Assembly: GCA_964234715.1 (NCBI GenBank)
Contig: OZ174291.1
Length of the DNA stretch: 64,000 nt
Origin: Podarcis melisellensis
Lineage: Eukaryota
Reading direction: 5' to 3' (one strand)
Each line of letters begins with the position of its first letter. Position 1 is the stretch's first letter. This document shows positions 1 to 12,109 of the stretch, in pieces. The notes below the pieces were generated by a model. The model saw only the letters and a list, made by a program, of their open reading frames with translations, did no database searches and was not told the DNA's origin. Made by a program: the position numbers and the translations under genes.

Positions 1-760
1 TGTGGGAAGGAGCAGAAAGCAGCTAAGGGCGATTGGCTTAGGTATCGGAGAAAACTGGCTTCTACCAATCGACGTAAGGTATGTTAATGAGAGGGCGGAA
101 TTTCCTGCCACCGTTAAAAGGTATCCCCCGGTTCCGCCTCTGAGGCGGTTGCCGTGGCAACGGGTAGCACGCGCTGCTCTTACAGCGGCTGCGGGATACG
201 GGTGGGGATGGCCTAGTGGCGACGTCTACCTGTGCCGCCGCCAACCTGTCTGCACGGCGGCCTCGGATTCCCTCCAAGCGAGCACACATTGGCCCGCCAC
301 GTCCAAATGCATGGCCCTAGTGCACGAGGCTTTGCAGCGCCTCCTTCCCGGCTGCCTCGCCTGTTTGCCGGCGGTGTGTCGTGGGCGCTCAGCGCAACCG
401 CCCCCTCCTTGAAGACGCATTTGCTGTGCGACCCGCGAAAGCAACCTCATCATCCGCCGCCGCCACCCTCCTAAAGAACTCCGCGTTGGCTCGCCTCTCC
501 GACGGGGCCGAGCTCCACCAGCTGGGGGCGCAGGGCGAGGCGGGATTCTTAAAAAGGCCTACTAAACTCTGCCAAAGGGCCCGAACCTAGTTTTATGCCG
601 GAAGAATTTCTCGCAGAGACCTATCAGGCGGGGTACAAGTCTGACGCCGCAAACGGGTTGACACCTGGCGCCGCAGATACCTGTGCTCCATTTGTCCTGG
701 GGCAAGTCGGTAACGGGTCCTAACCTCTTAGGGTTCCCAAGGGAGTCGGCGTAGGAAGGG
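1..760. promoter_or_regulatory. CpG island / promoter of an unidentified gene, probably lying left of the window
   Basis: High CpG density to ~760. CCAAT boxes in both orientations (GATTGG ~31, CCAAT ~65), GGGCGGAA ~93, and X-box GTTGCCGTGGCAAC at 148-161. Confidence 0.7.
148..161. promoter_or_regulatory. RFX X-box motif
   Basis: GTTGCCGTGGCAAC is a near-perfect palindrome matching the RFX consensus GTTGCCATGGCAAC with one mismatch. Confidence 0.7.
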
Positions 761-3104
761 CAGGTTACAAAGGGATATGTTGTGACACCTGGGAAACTAG
801 GCTTGATGATGTGTCTGCTTAAGTGACCTGTGATGCACAATATTGACACCTGATCTGAGGTTTGCTGAAGGGTGAGTGTAAGCTTGTGTGTGACTAATCA
901 GTCTTTTCAATAAAGTTTGGCTAGCACAGCAGGCCAATTCATGCTAGAGGAAGCAACAGAATTCTCTTCAACACAGAAAGTACAGCAGGCCCCTCTCAAA
1001 GCTACGATTTCAGTGTTCTTTAAAAGGAAGACGATTCAACCTAAATGAGATTAAACCTGAGGTTGGGACACAACCCAGGGATGGACACACTGCACAGAGT
1101 GAAATGGGCAACTTATAAGGTACATACTATTTTAATATTTAATTCAGGACATCAGAGTGCTTAAGGCTACAAACCCCAGAAGGAAACAGTGGTTGCATTC
1201 GTGTTCAGGAAGCTGAACTGAAAATCCTTGGTTCAGCAAGGCTTGACCACTTGGATATAGGTCTCCTGCAATACCTCTAATGCACTTTTCACACACCTAA
1301 CACAGCTCACATTTCCTCTACTGTCTGCAGAGGAATAGAGCAGACTTGTACTGTCTTGAACTACTTCCCTGAGGCAGTAGGGAAGTGTTAGATTGTTTAC
1401 TAGACCTGTTTTTAAAAATGCCCCACCACACCATTTTTAATAAATGGGAGAGGAGACATGGTGCAGATGGGCAGTAAGCTCTTGAAGGATAGAAACTGAA
1501 CATATACCAGGAGAAACGCATGCTGTCTTACTTCTACCACAGTAAAATCAGAGATCTCTTCCCTTTGCATCGATGTACATCTTGACCAGCCCATCAACTC
1601 TCAAGGCCCATAATTACCTTTTCCCCAAGGGGCACAGAAGGCAGATGATTGTGTAACTACAGGCAACATAAAAACAAAGAGTGCTGCTCCTTTTAAAATT
1701 TCCATTTGTGGTCTCATTGGGAAAGTTCAATGTAGGCCTCACTAATTGAAGGGGAAAGTAATTATATGTAAGACTGTGCCTTTTGGTTTTAAGGAGCAAT
1801 CCACTCTAGATTGGAATTGCTGCTCATCTGACACAAAGGGACCAAGCGAAACACTATTTAGAGCTTGTTGATGTGTTCTTGGGTGATTCTGTCTGTGTCA
1901 TAGGGAAACTAAGAGGGCAGATCATGCAAGTCACAAGAAGTATTTGCCCCAAAACTCAAGAGCCTTAAAAACATGGAACAGATTCAGGCCAGGAATACAG
2001 CAAGTTTGCACATTTTAATCAGTTGCCCAGAAAGCATAATCCTATAAAAAGCAGTACAATTATTAATTAACTACCTACTTGGAAAAACACAGATAAGATT
2101 GGCTTCACTCCAAGCATTTTTGTCAAATTATTCCTAGAAACTGAGCAAGCGTTCAGCCAACATTGTCAGTTGACAATGCTGCTTTTTGCTTTGTGTAGCC
2201 ACGCTTACTTAAAACTCTGATTAGATTCTAATTGCTACTGCTGTTCATAAACAGTTGTAATGAAATGGAAAAATATAAAGAGGGGGGGAATTTCTCTTTG
2301 CAGTTGCACTGTGAGTTAACAGTGGCAGAAAAAGGCATTCATTAAAAAAAAAACAAAAAAGTTATGCTGCAAGAGATGAAAACAGGTTTCCTGCTACAAA
2401 AGCAGCAGCACTTGGGGAGAGTACAACTACCTGCCAATAATGTTCTGGAAGATGTCCAGCTGTCCTCACCCTTCAGCATTCTGGCACTATATTTTGTGCA
2501 GAGATAGCAGTAGTAGGACATGGCACAATCTAACAAATATAGTAGGGAACATCAAGCTGAACTCCACACTTGCTCCTGACAGAACCATCACTTCAGCCCT
2601 TCACAGCTTCATGAACATCTCTCTCAATTTCTCCTACATCTTGGGGTGTGGAGCCCTCACCTATCCATGGTATTCCTCTACTTGAACCCCTGTGAGAAAC
2701 CTGACTTCTCCCACTATCTGAAAAACTTAACACCATGAAAGACAAATAGGACAGATATATTGGTTGAAGTGGGGAGAGAGAAGGGAGAGGTTCCCAAAAA
2801 GATTGTAAGGGAGCAGTCTTAAATATTGCAGGAATAACAAAACACTGGAGACAGAGACTTCCCAGTTCTAGGTCTGAAGGGTGTTCCAGGCCAGTAAATA
2901 TCCTGTGCAACTAAAAAGGGGAGTATTTTGATAGCATTGATCACTTATCATCACTGTGTGATGATCACCCACCAGCAGGGATGGTCCTGAGTTCTGCTGT
3001 TTACATACACACTTGTATGTAATATGAAAGAAATAATAGCAACATACACACCCCACCAAAACCACCAGGCAGCTGGATTTCCTAAACTATCAGTCTGCCT
3101 ACTT

Positions 3105-3110
3105 TTTATT
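3105..3110 (-). terminator. RBM14: candidate RBM14 polyadenylation signal (AATAAA)
   Basis: TTTATT on the plus strand, ~660 nt downstream of the RBM14 stop. More distal sites are possible. Confidence 0.4.
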
Positions 3111-3770
3111 TACAGTTAATACAAAAAATAAAATCTAAACTCACTTCTAACTTCAGGTTTACTTGTGCACTCTATATTAGCAAAAATCAATGGATGCTGT
3201 TACATAAAAGCAACTGAGCTCACTTGGAAAGGATACAAAGTGATCCTTTCAACAAGCACATTAAATGAGGATTTCAATGCTAGAACAGCTTCCTTTCTAA
3301 CAGGTGGGACATGGCAAGAGGCAGGACCAAGGAACCAGAAGCAAATGTTCACCATGTTGCCATCTTCACCCAGGGACTTTGGTTTCAAAATGACTGAATA
3401 TACAGCAATTTACAGCAGTCCTGAGGCCGAGCACAGAGCCCTAACATTGAAATTAAGATAGCAACCACAAGACTCTCCTAGAAAACTGTTTATCTTGGAT
3501 GGCCCCATATGGCTAGCTAAAGTAAATAACACCCTTTACTTGGTATAGGAAAGGACAACAACAGAAGATACAAGAGCTACAATGACAAGCTGCTAAGGGC
3601 ACTGTGACAAAGGGTGAGAAGAAATGTAGTGACTAAAAGGATATTATGAAATCAAATGGCAAAGACTTCTCATCAAGGATGCAGCAGCCGGGATTTATGC
3701 TAGACGTGTTATAACGGCGGGCGCCAGAACAATGACGCAGTCCCACCCCAGGAAAGACGGGGGAAATCCT

Positions 3771-3996
3771 TTACAGGCGGCGCTGGTAACTAGCATGCAG
3801 CTGCAGTTGTGCGTTACGCATGTAATCGCCATAGGCACCCGCATATCGGGCATAATCAGACTGTGTTTCTGGGAGACGGCGATAATCCAGTTGAGCTTTT
3901 GTCGGCGAATGGCGGTACGCGTGGGGGGAGTCTGTTAAATGGTGGAAATCTGAGAGGTCAGATAAACGGCGGTCATCTGAGAGGTCAGAACCGTAC
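3771..3996 (-). CDS. RBM14: RNA-binding protein 14, coding exon 3 (last)
   Basis: Acceptor ttaaccag|G, phase 2. Encodes (R)[17 protein letters not shown]...[14 protein letters not shown]...YQRRL*, matching the RBM14 C-terminus. Confidence 0.93.
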
Positions 3997-4910
3997 CTGG
4001 TTAAGAGAAGAGACATTAGATATTTGATAAATAATAAAAACCCTCATGGCCGATGCCTTACATTATATACACACTATGATTGAGATGGCCCCCCTCCACC
4101 CGCACAGAAGATGACTGCTGAGATGTAAGCACAGAAAAGAGCCTGCTAAAGGAATCCAAACAATAATCTTTCCTCCATTGTCTGGCTGCAACTGGGGCCA
4201 TTTTACTTCTCTCAGACATGGGGAATAATCTCTCAATGGTTCAGCTATTCTGTAATACTAATTATACTTCACCATTTAAGCAGAATTTTGAGCCTCCCAT
4301 CAGAACAGTGATAAAGCACAGTACCATGCAGGAGACCCAGACCTCACAAAACTACACTCAATAGTTTCTAAGATGGATACAAGAGCTAAGGCGTGTCAAG
4401 GCTCAAAAAGACTTGGAGGTGTTGGAGGTGACCGAAAACGATGGATTATGCTCATCATTGCCAGGAATTAAAGCTGGTGCAACTCTTATTTGCAATCTCA
4501 GTCAAGTCTCAAAGGTCTAGTTTGCCATCTCTGTGGTGGGATTTGGTCAGGTAGCAGAGCCTTCTCGCAAACACGTACTCACAATTATCCAGAGATATGT
4601 GCAGGCGGGGGGAAATGGTAAGAGCGCAGCCCATATTTGCTCCCTTCCCCACAAACAGTAAAGCACAGGAAAGATCTGATAGAGAGAAACTAATGGCACA
4701 GCCAGTGTAGCAAAGGTTAAGCAAGCCCCACTCCTGACCCATCCTTGCTTTCGAATAAATGCCAATTTAAAGTCATAGCGGGAACTCTGCTCCCTCCCAT
4801 GGAACCACAGAATGAAGTTCTCCTTTGAACCCCTCTGAAAAGTGCAGAAAAATCCTTGTGCAGAAGGTGCGATTGGCGTGAAAAGCATTACAACTGGTCT
4901 AGCTGCATAC

Positions 4911-6258
4911 CTCTTATTCATTGCAGCTGCTTTTCTGTAGAGATCCTCACGGTTGCCACGCGGTGGAGAGAGGCGAGTGCGTTCATACGGCGGATGGAGA
5001 GCTGCAGCTTCTGACTGGGACAATGCTGTATATGAGGCTGCCTGTTGTGCAGATTGAGTCAGCCCATTGTATGATGGCTGAGCTCTGTAACCTGCAGCTA
5101 AGGGAACAGAAGTGGATTGCTGTGCAGCATAAGCTGTCTCCGCTGGGTTTGAGACTTGTGCTCTGTAGGCTGTTGACAGTGAAGCAGAGAGCTGTGTTTT
5201 ATAGGAAGCAGCAGCAGCTGCTGCTGCTGCTGCATCCTGCATACCATAAGCGGCCGCCAGGTTTGCTGCAGCCTGTGCCCCATATGCAGCTGGCAGGGCA
5301 GATGCAGCCTGGGCCCCATAAGAAGCTGCATGGCCAACAGCTGACTGGACTCCGTATGAAGCTGTCTGTGTTGAGAGAGGGTGGGTACCGTACAAGGCTG
5401 CTTGGTTGGCTGCAGGTTGGGCCCCGTAAGATGCTGAGAGGGCAGCAGCGGCTGCTGCTGCCTGGGCCCCGTAGGAAGCTGCTGCATATGTTGCAGCAGC
5501 CTGGGCCCCATAAGTGGCAGCGTATGTTGTTGTGGGCTGGGCCTCATAAGAAGGGACTTGAGAAGCAGCCACTTGTGCTGCTCCATAAGCAGCTGCTTGG
5601 GCACTGTAGGATGTTAGTGCTGAGGCTGCTGGCTGGGCCCCAGAAGTTGCCAGGGGAACAGAGGATTGGGCTCTATATTGATTTCCAAGCATGGCTGAGG
5701 ACTGGGCTCTGTACATGGCAGCCTGCCCAGTTGTAGGCTGGGGTCTGTAAGCCATCCCAAGTGATGCTGCAGGCTGGTCTCTGTAGGCTGTCCCGAGGGA
5801 GGCAGAAGCCTGGTCTCTGTAGGATGCTTGCTGGGCTGCCATAGGAACTATGTAACCTGCTCTTGTTGGTGAGCGTCTAATGGGGCTTCTGTCCCTTCCA
5901 AAATAGGAAGGAGATACCTGCCTAGCTTGACTGTCTTGGGAATCAATTTTGGTTAAATTGTTGTTCCCCAGGCGCTGCTGATAGTCATACTCCAGTGAAG
6001 AATAAGTTGATCCTCCCGCTGGGAAAGCAAGATTACTGGATCTCAAAGCGTCATTCCTGGGCTGGAGTTTATCCAGGGTTGGTATTTTGTTCTTTTCAGC
6101 TCTGTTGCCCAGCTGGCCGGTGTGCCCAGCTGGCCCCCTTTTATGAGCCTTATTAGAAAGTTCCACATTAATTCTCTTGCCCTTGACTTCCCTTCCATTA
6201 AGATGTTCAATGGCGGCTCTGGCATCCTCATCCTTCTCCATGTGAACGAACGCATAGT
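4911..6258 (-). CDS. RBM14: RBM14 coding exon 2 (end of RRM2 plus Y/A/Q/S-rich prion-like domain)
   Basis: Acceptor ttatcag|AC, donor AG|gtatgc. Encodes DYAFVHMEK...GKRINVELS, YFGRDRSP, many YGAQ/YRAQ repeats and PPYERTRLSPPR. 1348 nt, phase 1 to 2. Confidence 0.95.
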
Positions 6259-8209
6259 CTGATAAAGCAGCAGACAGAAGGTTATCAATAAGGAACATAT
6301 GACATTTAATTACTGGAACCCACTCATACTTTGATGTGCCCTAAAAAGGCTTCAGCCTGAAACACATCTGTTTGATACCAGAAGAATGCAGAATGAATCA
6401 GCTGATGTGGCTTGCTCGGCAACTCTTTAAGAGCCACAAGGAAGGAACAGGCCACTGGCACCTATTAAGGTACAAGGAACTGGCCCCTGTCTTAAAAGTT
6501 TGAAGGCTAAGCATCAAATTACCCATCCTATCCCACAGCTCACTCCGCCTCCTGCATGATTTGCACATAATTCACAGTGTGCCAAAGCATATCAAACGCT
6601 CTCTGTGCTGCTTGATTTCTCATCTTCAACGTATTAATCCTCAGCAGGACTTTCCCCCACTGCCCCCAGTCAAAATGCTGAGAACATTCCTGTTGCGCAT
6701 TAAAATGTTACAGTTTCATTTATACCTGAACATATTGCATATGGATACTACCCTACACAAATGTAAATATTTCCCCCGCCCTCAAGAGCGGGGGGGCATT
6801 CTGCTTCTAGAAGCAATATGAAAAACTGCATTTAGGATGGTGGCTTGAAGCTGAGCTATCAAAATTTAAGGAAAAGATTAACGCTGATAAAACCAGAGGC
6901 TGAACTTGTAACGCCAGTGAACCATGACATTTTATATGATTTTAAACACCAGAATTATGCACTGCTTTAGTAAAGGTGGATTTCAGATGACAGCACAAAA
7001 TATACAAGGACAAAGGCCACAATTTTATTCTGTATGGTTTCCCTCCACCCACTGAATTCCACAAGTCGTAACAGAATGGAGAACATACTAACAGCTTTCT
7101 CAAGGTGTGTTCCCTATTGCATCTTTCCTAGCCTTACATGCCATAGCAGGCAAAGGACATGCACCTCTGTTGCAAAGTTTGTTGCCTACTGGACTCCAAT
7201 AAGAAGCCTAAAGGACTCATGGTTACAAGAACTGCTGGAACAAACTGTCAAGGCTGCTGAATACATTTAAGCCTTTCTGATGTTTCAACCTAGTACTTAT
7301 TATAAATCAACATGGCTGGATCCTGCTGATGCAAAAAAAAGCAATTTAAATCTAGGGAGCTTAAAAAAAGCACCCAGTGGAATGAATCTGAGGTTCTATT
7401 CTCTAAAGTTGCTTCTTAGCTTCAATAAGCAAGTCTGTGCCAGTTTCACAAACCACACACTTTTCTTTCAGTGCAAATCCAGACAATGGAAACAGGCTGC
7501 TATGCGCACATCCCCTCATAGATCTGAAAAAGAAAATATGGATCTGCTGGTAGGTCTCTGGGTGATCTGCAAGGATTTCTGGTTCTGTGTTTAACTACAG
7601 AAGCAACAAAATTCCTCTCCCCCTAATTATGGCTGCTGAAATGAAGAAAACCTGGGGTAACCAGGAGAGGATTTTTGTGTGTAAGGACTGAGCTGTATTC
7701 ACATACAATCAGAATTCTTTGATTCTAAGTTTGTCTTTTACACCAGGTTCCTTGATCTCAGGAGTCTAGTAAAAAACAAACTCAAAATAAACAGATCCTG
7801 CAGGTCTGCTCATCCCTGCCCATTCAAATAGCTAGAACAAATAAAGCTGAAATATTAGACTACTATTTCTTTAACTGTATGCTATATGATGAGATCAGAA
7901 AAGCCCTATCTAAAAGGTTTTCAGTTTGGGCCAGTATGAAGAAAACACGAGCACTCACTGTTGATGAAGACTGTGATGTACTTACTGTTATAAGAATTTA
8001 AGGTCTTAAATATATAAATTAAATGTACAAGGCAAAAATGTGCATAAATATATAAACCACATGTCTGAAACAGTACAGGAAGACAGTCCTGAAACCATTT
8101 TGACTCTCCCAAACTGACCAAATGTTTCTCTGCAAGGAGGGAGGAAATGAAAAAACCTCCCCATTGTCTCTGTACTCACAAATCCTGCCTTAAGGGCACA
8201 TTTAAGGTG

Positions 8210-8733
8210 TGAATAGGGTGAGCCTGTGACCTGTATTCGGGAATTAAGTAGTTATAATAACAAAAGAGTGGCCAAACCCCAGATAATGCAATCAGGTAAC
8301 CTGGCAGACAGGAGATAAACAACACACAGGATTCTGTTTTAGACCACCCGGTGATGTATTTCTGCTGGAGACCACCTCTTTCTGTGATGTATGAATGATG
8401 TATTGGGGGGTGGTCCTGGGCTACACACCTTCTGTGATGTACATATGATGTTTCTGGGGGTGGTCTTGAGTTTGAGGGTGGGCAATTTTAAAAGTCTATA
8501 TAAGGGCCGGCACACGTTTATTATGGGTCCTCCTCCTCTCTCCTGCGTGTGGGGGGAGCACCCTGTTGCAACAGTTTTAATAAAGATCAGGCTTACTAGC
8601 TGCTTTGCTTCTTAATATTCTCTGCTTGGCCTCTGTTATTTCCTCCTACCAATGGAGAACCTACAAAGAACTCTATACGGGCTCTTGTGTACCCCATAAG
8701 GGAAAAGGAGCAGATTTTGTTTGCTAAATTACA
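8210..8733 (+). mobile_element. solo LTR-like element (ERV type) in RBM14 intron 1; left boundary approximate
   Basis: Internal direct repeats (TTCTGTGATGTA...GGGGGTGGTC twice), TATA box TATATAA at 8497-8503, AATAAA at 8579-8584, and a ...TTACA end at 8733, giving a U3-R-U5 layout. Confidence 0.6.
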
Positions 8734-10346
8734 AATAGATGTATTTTACATATGTGGCTGCAACAACTAGCGCAAATTTCTTGACAATGCTTGTCAGTTC
8801 TATGAGTGGCATTTCAGTGTTTAAGCAGCTGCATTTTGAAAAAATATAATAAAATGGAAGACTGCTAAACCAGCAAGCCATTCATTCTGCAGCACACAAC
8901 ACATTCTGTTCTGACCCTCCCTATCAATTGGGATGGGGATGCACACAAACATAGAGGAGTATGTATCTGTTTTCCCCTGGTGAGATACATTGCTGACCTA
9001 GCCCAAACGCAAACTGAATTTTCATAAGTCTTCACGTTCTCAGCCAAAGTACTTTAATAAAAAGGAAAACTGATCCAGAAGAAGAAACAGAAGGGAGGAA
9101 ATGATTAACAGACCTTACAGTACAGAGTCAAGGAGAGAGCATTAGACCAAACAAAAGAATCCATCCAACAACAGTTTAGAGAAAGAGATAGAGGCAACCA
9201 CTCCTGGGGATGTGAAACCCAAACATCTGACCAGTCTCTGAGGAAACCCTATATATACTACCCTCCAGAGCACTCAGTTCAGTCTCCTGAGGTGCAGTGT
9301 GCTTCTATACACCCCAGCCTACACAGGAGGCTAATGGGAAAAATTCAGGATGGGTTTAGCTGTCCTGGAACAAATGAGATGTTGCATTTGATTACATGCT
9401 GCAAACAAGACCTGAAAGTGGCATTCAGAAGGATGTGTACACGTAAACTCAAATTAAAGATACTGTCATACAACTTACTGGAAATACAGGAGAGGGAAAA
9501 ACATGAACCTTCCTCCTGACCCACTTAAATGATAAAGTTGGGGCTGAAGAGACAGTTGCCTCTGACTGACAGCTCTGTACAGCATGATGCACCGCCGGGT
9601 CCTTTAAAATTATGGAAGATTCAGGAAAGCTCTAAAAGGAATGCTTGACACATCATAGCTCAAGTGACAGAGAAGAGGAATATGCAAACCCTTTGAAGCA
9701 AATGACTACACAAAAAGCACAGGACGACGCAAGTGCATTTGGCAGTAATAGTTGGGGCTATAAAGGAGAGAAAGGTGGGGCCTGCAGCTTGGGGTGACAG
9801 CTTCAGATTTAAAGAAGTTACTTACCAGCCTTAGGACTAAACTACTTGGTGGGGAAAACCTCTCCAACCATACCATTAAAATTTTAAAAAGCTCTGTATA
9901 GCATGTGTTACTATTAAAAATTACAAATTAATGTCGACTAAGAAATGAAGCGAGGGCTTTTAGTTGCAAACAAAGTGGCTGAAAAATGTGTTAAAGATAT
10001 GGACATCAAAGCTTTACAAACTGTGAGGAACAGTTCAAGACTCACCAGCTACAATTGTGGCAACACCTCATACCTTGGTTCAGTTATCAGTTGATACATT
10101 TGCCCATGACTGAAACTCTGGTTGGCACTCAAAGAATTTATTAGGTCGTTTTTCTTAAATATCTGTTTACTGTATCTATTTGGATTTGGAGATACAAGTA
10201 GTCTCCACAGGGGACCCATCAGATTGAATTTTATCCCCATATTTTTGTCTGGTATCACTGCAAAAATTCTTATTTACAGATACTTGCATATAAATCTTAA
10301 AAAGAGAGTAGGAGGGGAAAAGACAATAGAAACCTAAACACTAGAC

Positions 10347-10482
10347 CAGTGTTTCCCAACCTTGGGCCTCCAGCTGTTTTTGAACTACAATTCCCATCAT
10401 CCCTGACCACTGGTCTTGCTAGCTAGGGATGATGGGAGTTGTAGGCCAAAAACAGCTGGAGGCCCAAGGTTGGGAAACACTG
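10347..10482. mobile_element. palindromic hAT (Charlie-like) MITE
   Basis: TIRs CAGTGTTTCCCAACCTTGGGCCTCCAGCTGTTTTTG. Perfect 8-bp TSD CACTAGAC at 10339-10346 and 10483-10490. Confidence 0.9.
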
Positions 10483-11317
10483 CACTAGACCAGAAGAACC
10501 CTGGCTTATTAGAGGCTGCCCATATGGGCATGGAGCCTCAGACCTGAGGAGTAAGGTGGGACTGCCTTAGGCACATCAGCAATAAGCTCGACAGGGATGT
10601 TGACCAAAAGTCTAAGGAAAATGAAGTGGGGTCTTTTCCTGCCTAGGCAGAGAATATAAATGTTGCTCCTTTCTAACACAGCAACAGGACCTTTTTTTTT
10701 TAGCACTATAAAATCCTGCCAATGGATACTTGGGCAAATGGATACCCATGACCACACCACACACAGTCCTAGCTGTATCCACCATGCAAAATTCTACCTT
10801 TGACTCTGCTCTAAGTACAGCACTTCTGGTATCCTTACAGTACAGAAGTAGTGTGTATGTATTGTACTTATTAGGCAGTACTTCTCACAGCATGGGTGTA
10901 ATGGGGGGGGGGAAGAAACTTTAGTACTAGCAACAATAACTTAGAAGCAAGTCTCGGAGAACACAGTGAGACTTACTTTTGAGTAAAGTGGCATATGATG
11001 CAGCTGCTTATGTCAAATATAAATCTATGGTGCACCTGCATTTAGAACAATGTAAATAATTCTGGTCATTTGCTGTCAAAATGTATTCAAAATGTACAGA
11101 AAAGTATCTATTGAGAAATAAATCTCTCAATTAGTCATAACAAATGGAACTTGAAAGGAAATGTTCAGTGTCGAGTGCTGCTGTTCAGGATTCCAGTCAC
11201 TCCATCTCATCCCCATATACCCCCATTTTCTACCCCTCACAACAGTAAGTCAACACTCTGTGCCTACCAAGCATTGAGTTGTTTGGAGGGGATTTTTTTC
11301 AGGGTGTGCGTGTGTGG

Positions 11318-11499
11318 AAGAACTTTCTGATGGAAAGAGCTGTTTGACAGTGGAACGGGCTGCCTCGGAAAGTGGTGGACTCTCCTTCATTGGAAGTTTT
11401 TATACAGAAGTTGGATGGCCTTTTTTAGTAGAGGTTCTTGCATTGCAGGGAGTTGGACAGATGACCAGTCCCTTCCAACTCCACAATTCTATGATTCTA
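11318..11499 (+). mobile_element. CR1 LINE 3' end fragment
   Basis: AAGAACTTTCTGA...GCTGTTTGACAGTGGAAC...GTCCCTTCCAAC...ATTCTATGATTCTA tail, typical of CR1. Confidence 0.75.
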
Positions 11500-12109
11500 C
11501 TGGTGCCCAATCCCTGCTTCATTAAAATCTTGGATTTCTCCATTGATTTTTATGGGCTGTTTTACAAACAGTTTCTCAGCATGAATCAAAAGACCCAAAT
11601 TCAAAGAAAGAGATAGTTCTCGCTACACTTTTTATGTCTATGTCTCTTCCTTCATGCTCCTTTTTCAGTAATTCCCATTAAATCCTCCCTCCCACCCAGT
11701 TTCTCCCATCAAATACAGCAAGTTCTCTACAGACACAAGGCACACTCAGTTCTTATTGGACTGTTTTGGGACTTATCCCACTTAGGCCTTTTCCCCTTTA
11801 AGTTTTTGTATTTGGTACTTTTGCAAGGCATATCCCGAGTCTGCCAATACCTCCCTCTTGTGTGTGTCTGTTGCCATTTTGACTATAAGTGGTAGTTGTT
11901 GATGAACCAAATATAAATTAGAACACAGGATATTTAAGAAGGAAATGTTAATGTTTAGAGATTTTTGGGATGCTGAATCCCAGTGATAAACAGGGGGTGG
12001 CCACTTCCATGGTACTTTGCTTGTTCCCAGGGGTCAGCTGGGGCTGGAGAAATGTTTTAAAGTAGATGGACCAATGGTCTGATCCATCACGGTAAACTTT
12101 ATACTGGTT

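Noticed and set aside
2-590. Several overlapping ORFs in the left CpG island
   Set aside because: No recognisable homology. Stop-poor frames are expected in GC-rich promoter DNA.
4921-5736. 271-aa plus-strand ORF and 168-aa alternate-frame ORF (5098-5604)
   Set aside because: Shadow frames of the low-complexity, GC-rich RBM14 exon 2. No independent gene signals.
10977-11035. Exon-like segment in RBM14 intron 1 with a gtaagt donor
   Set aside because: The donor context (ACTCAAAAGTAAGTCTCACTG) resembles a common squamate repeat motif, so it is probably a decoy.
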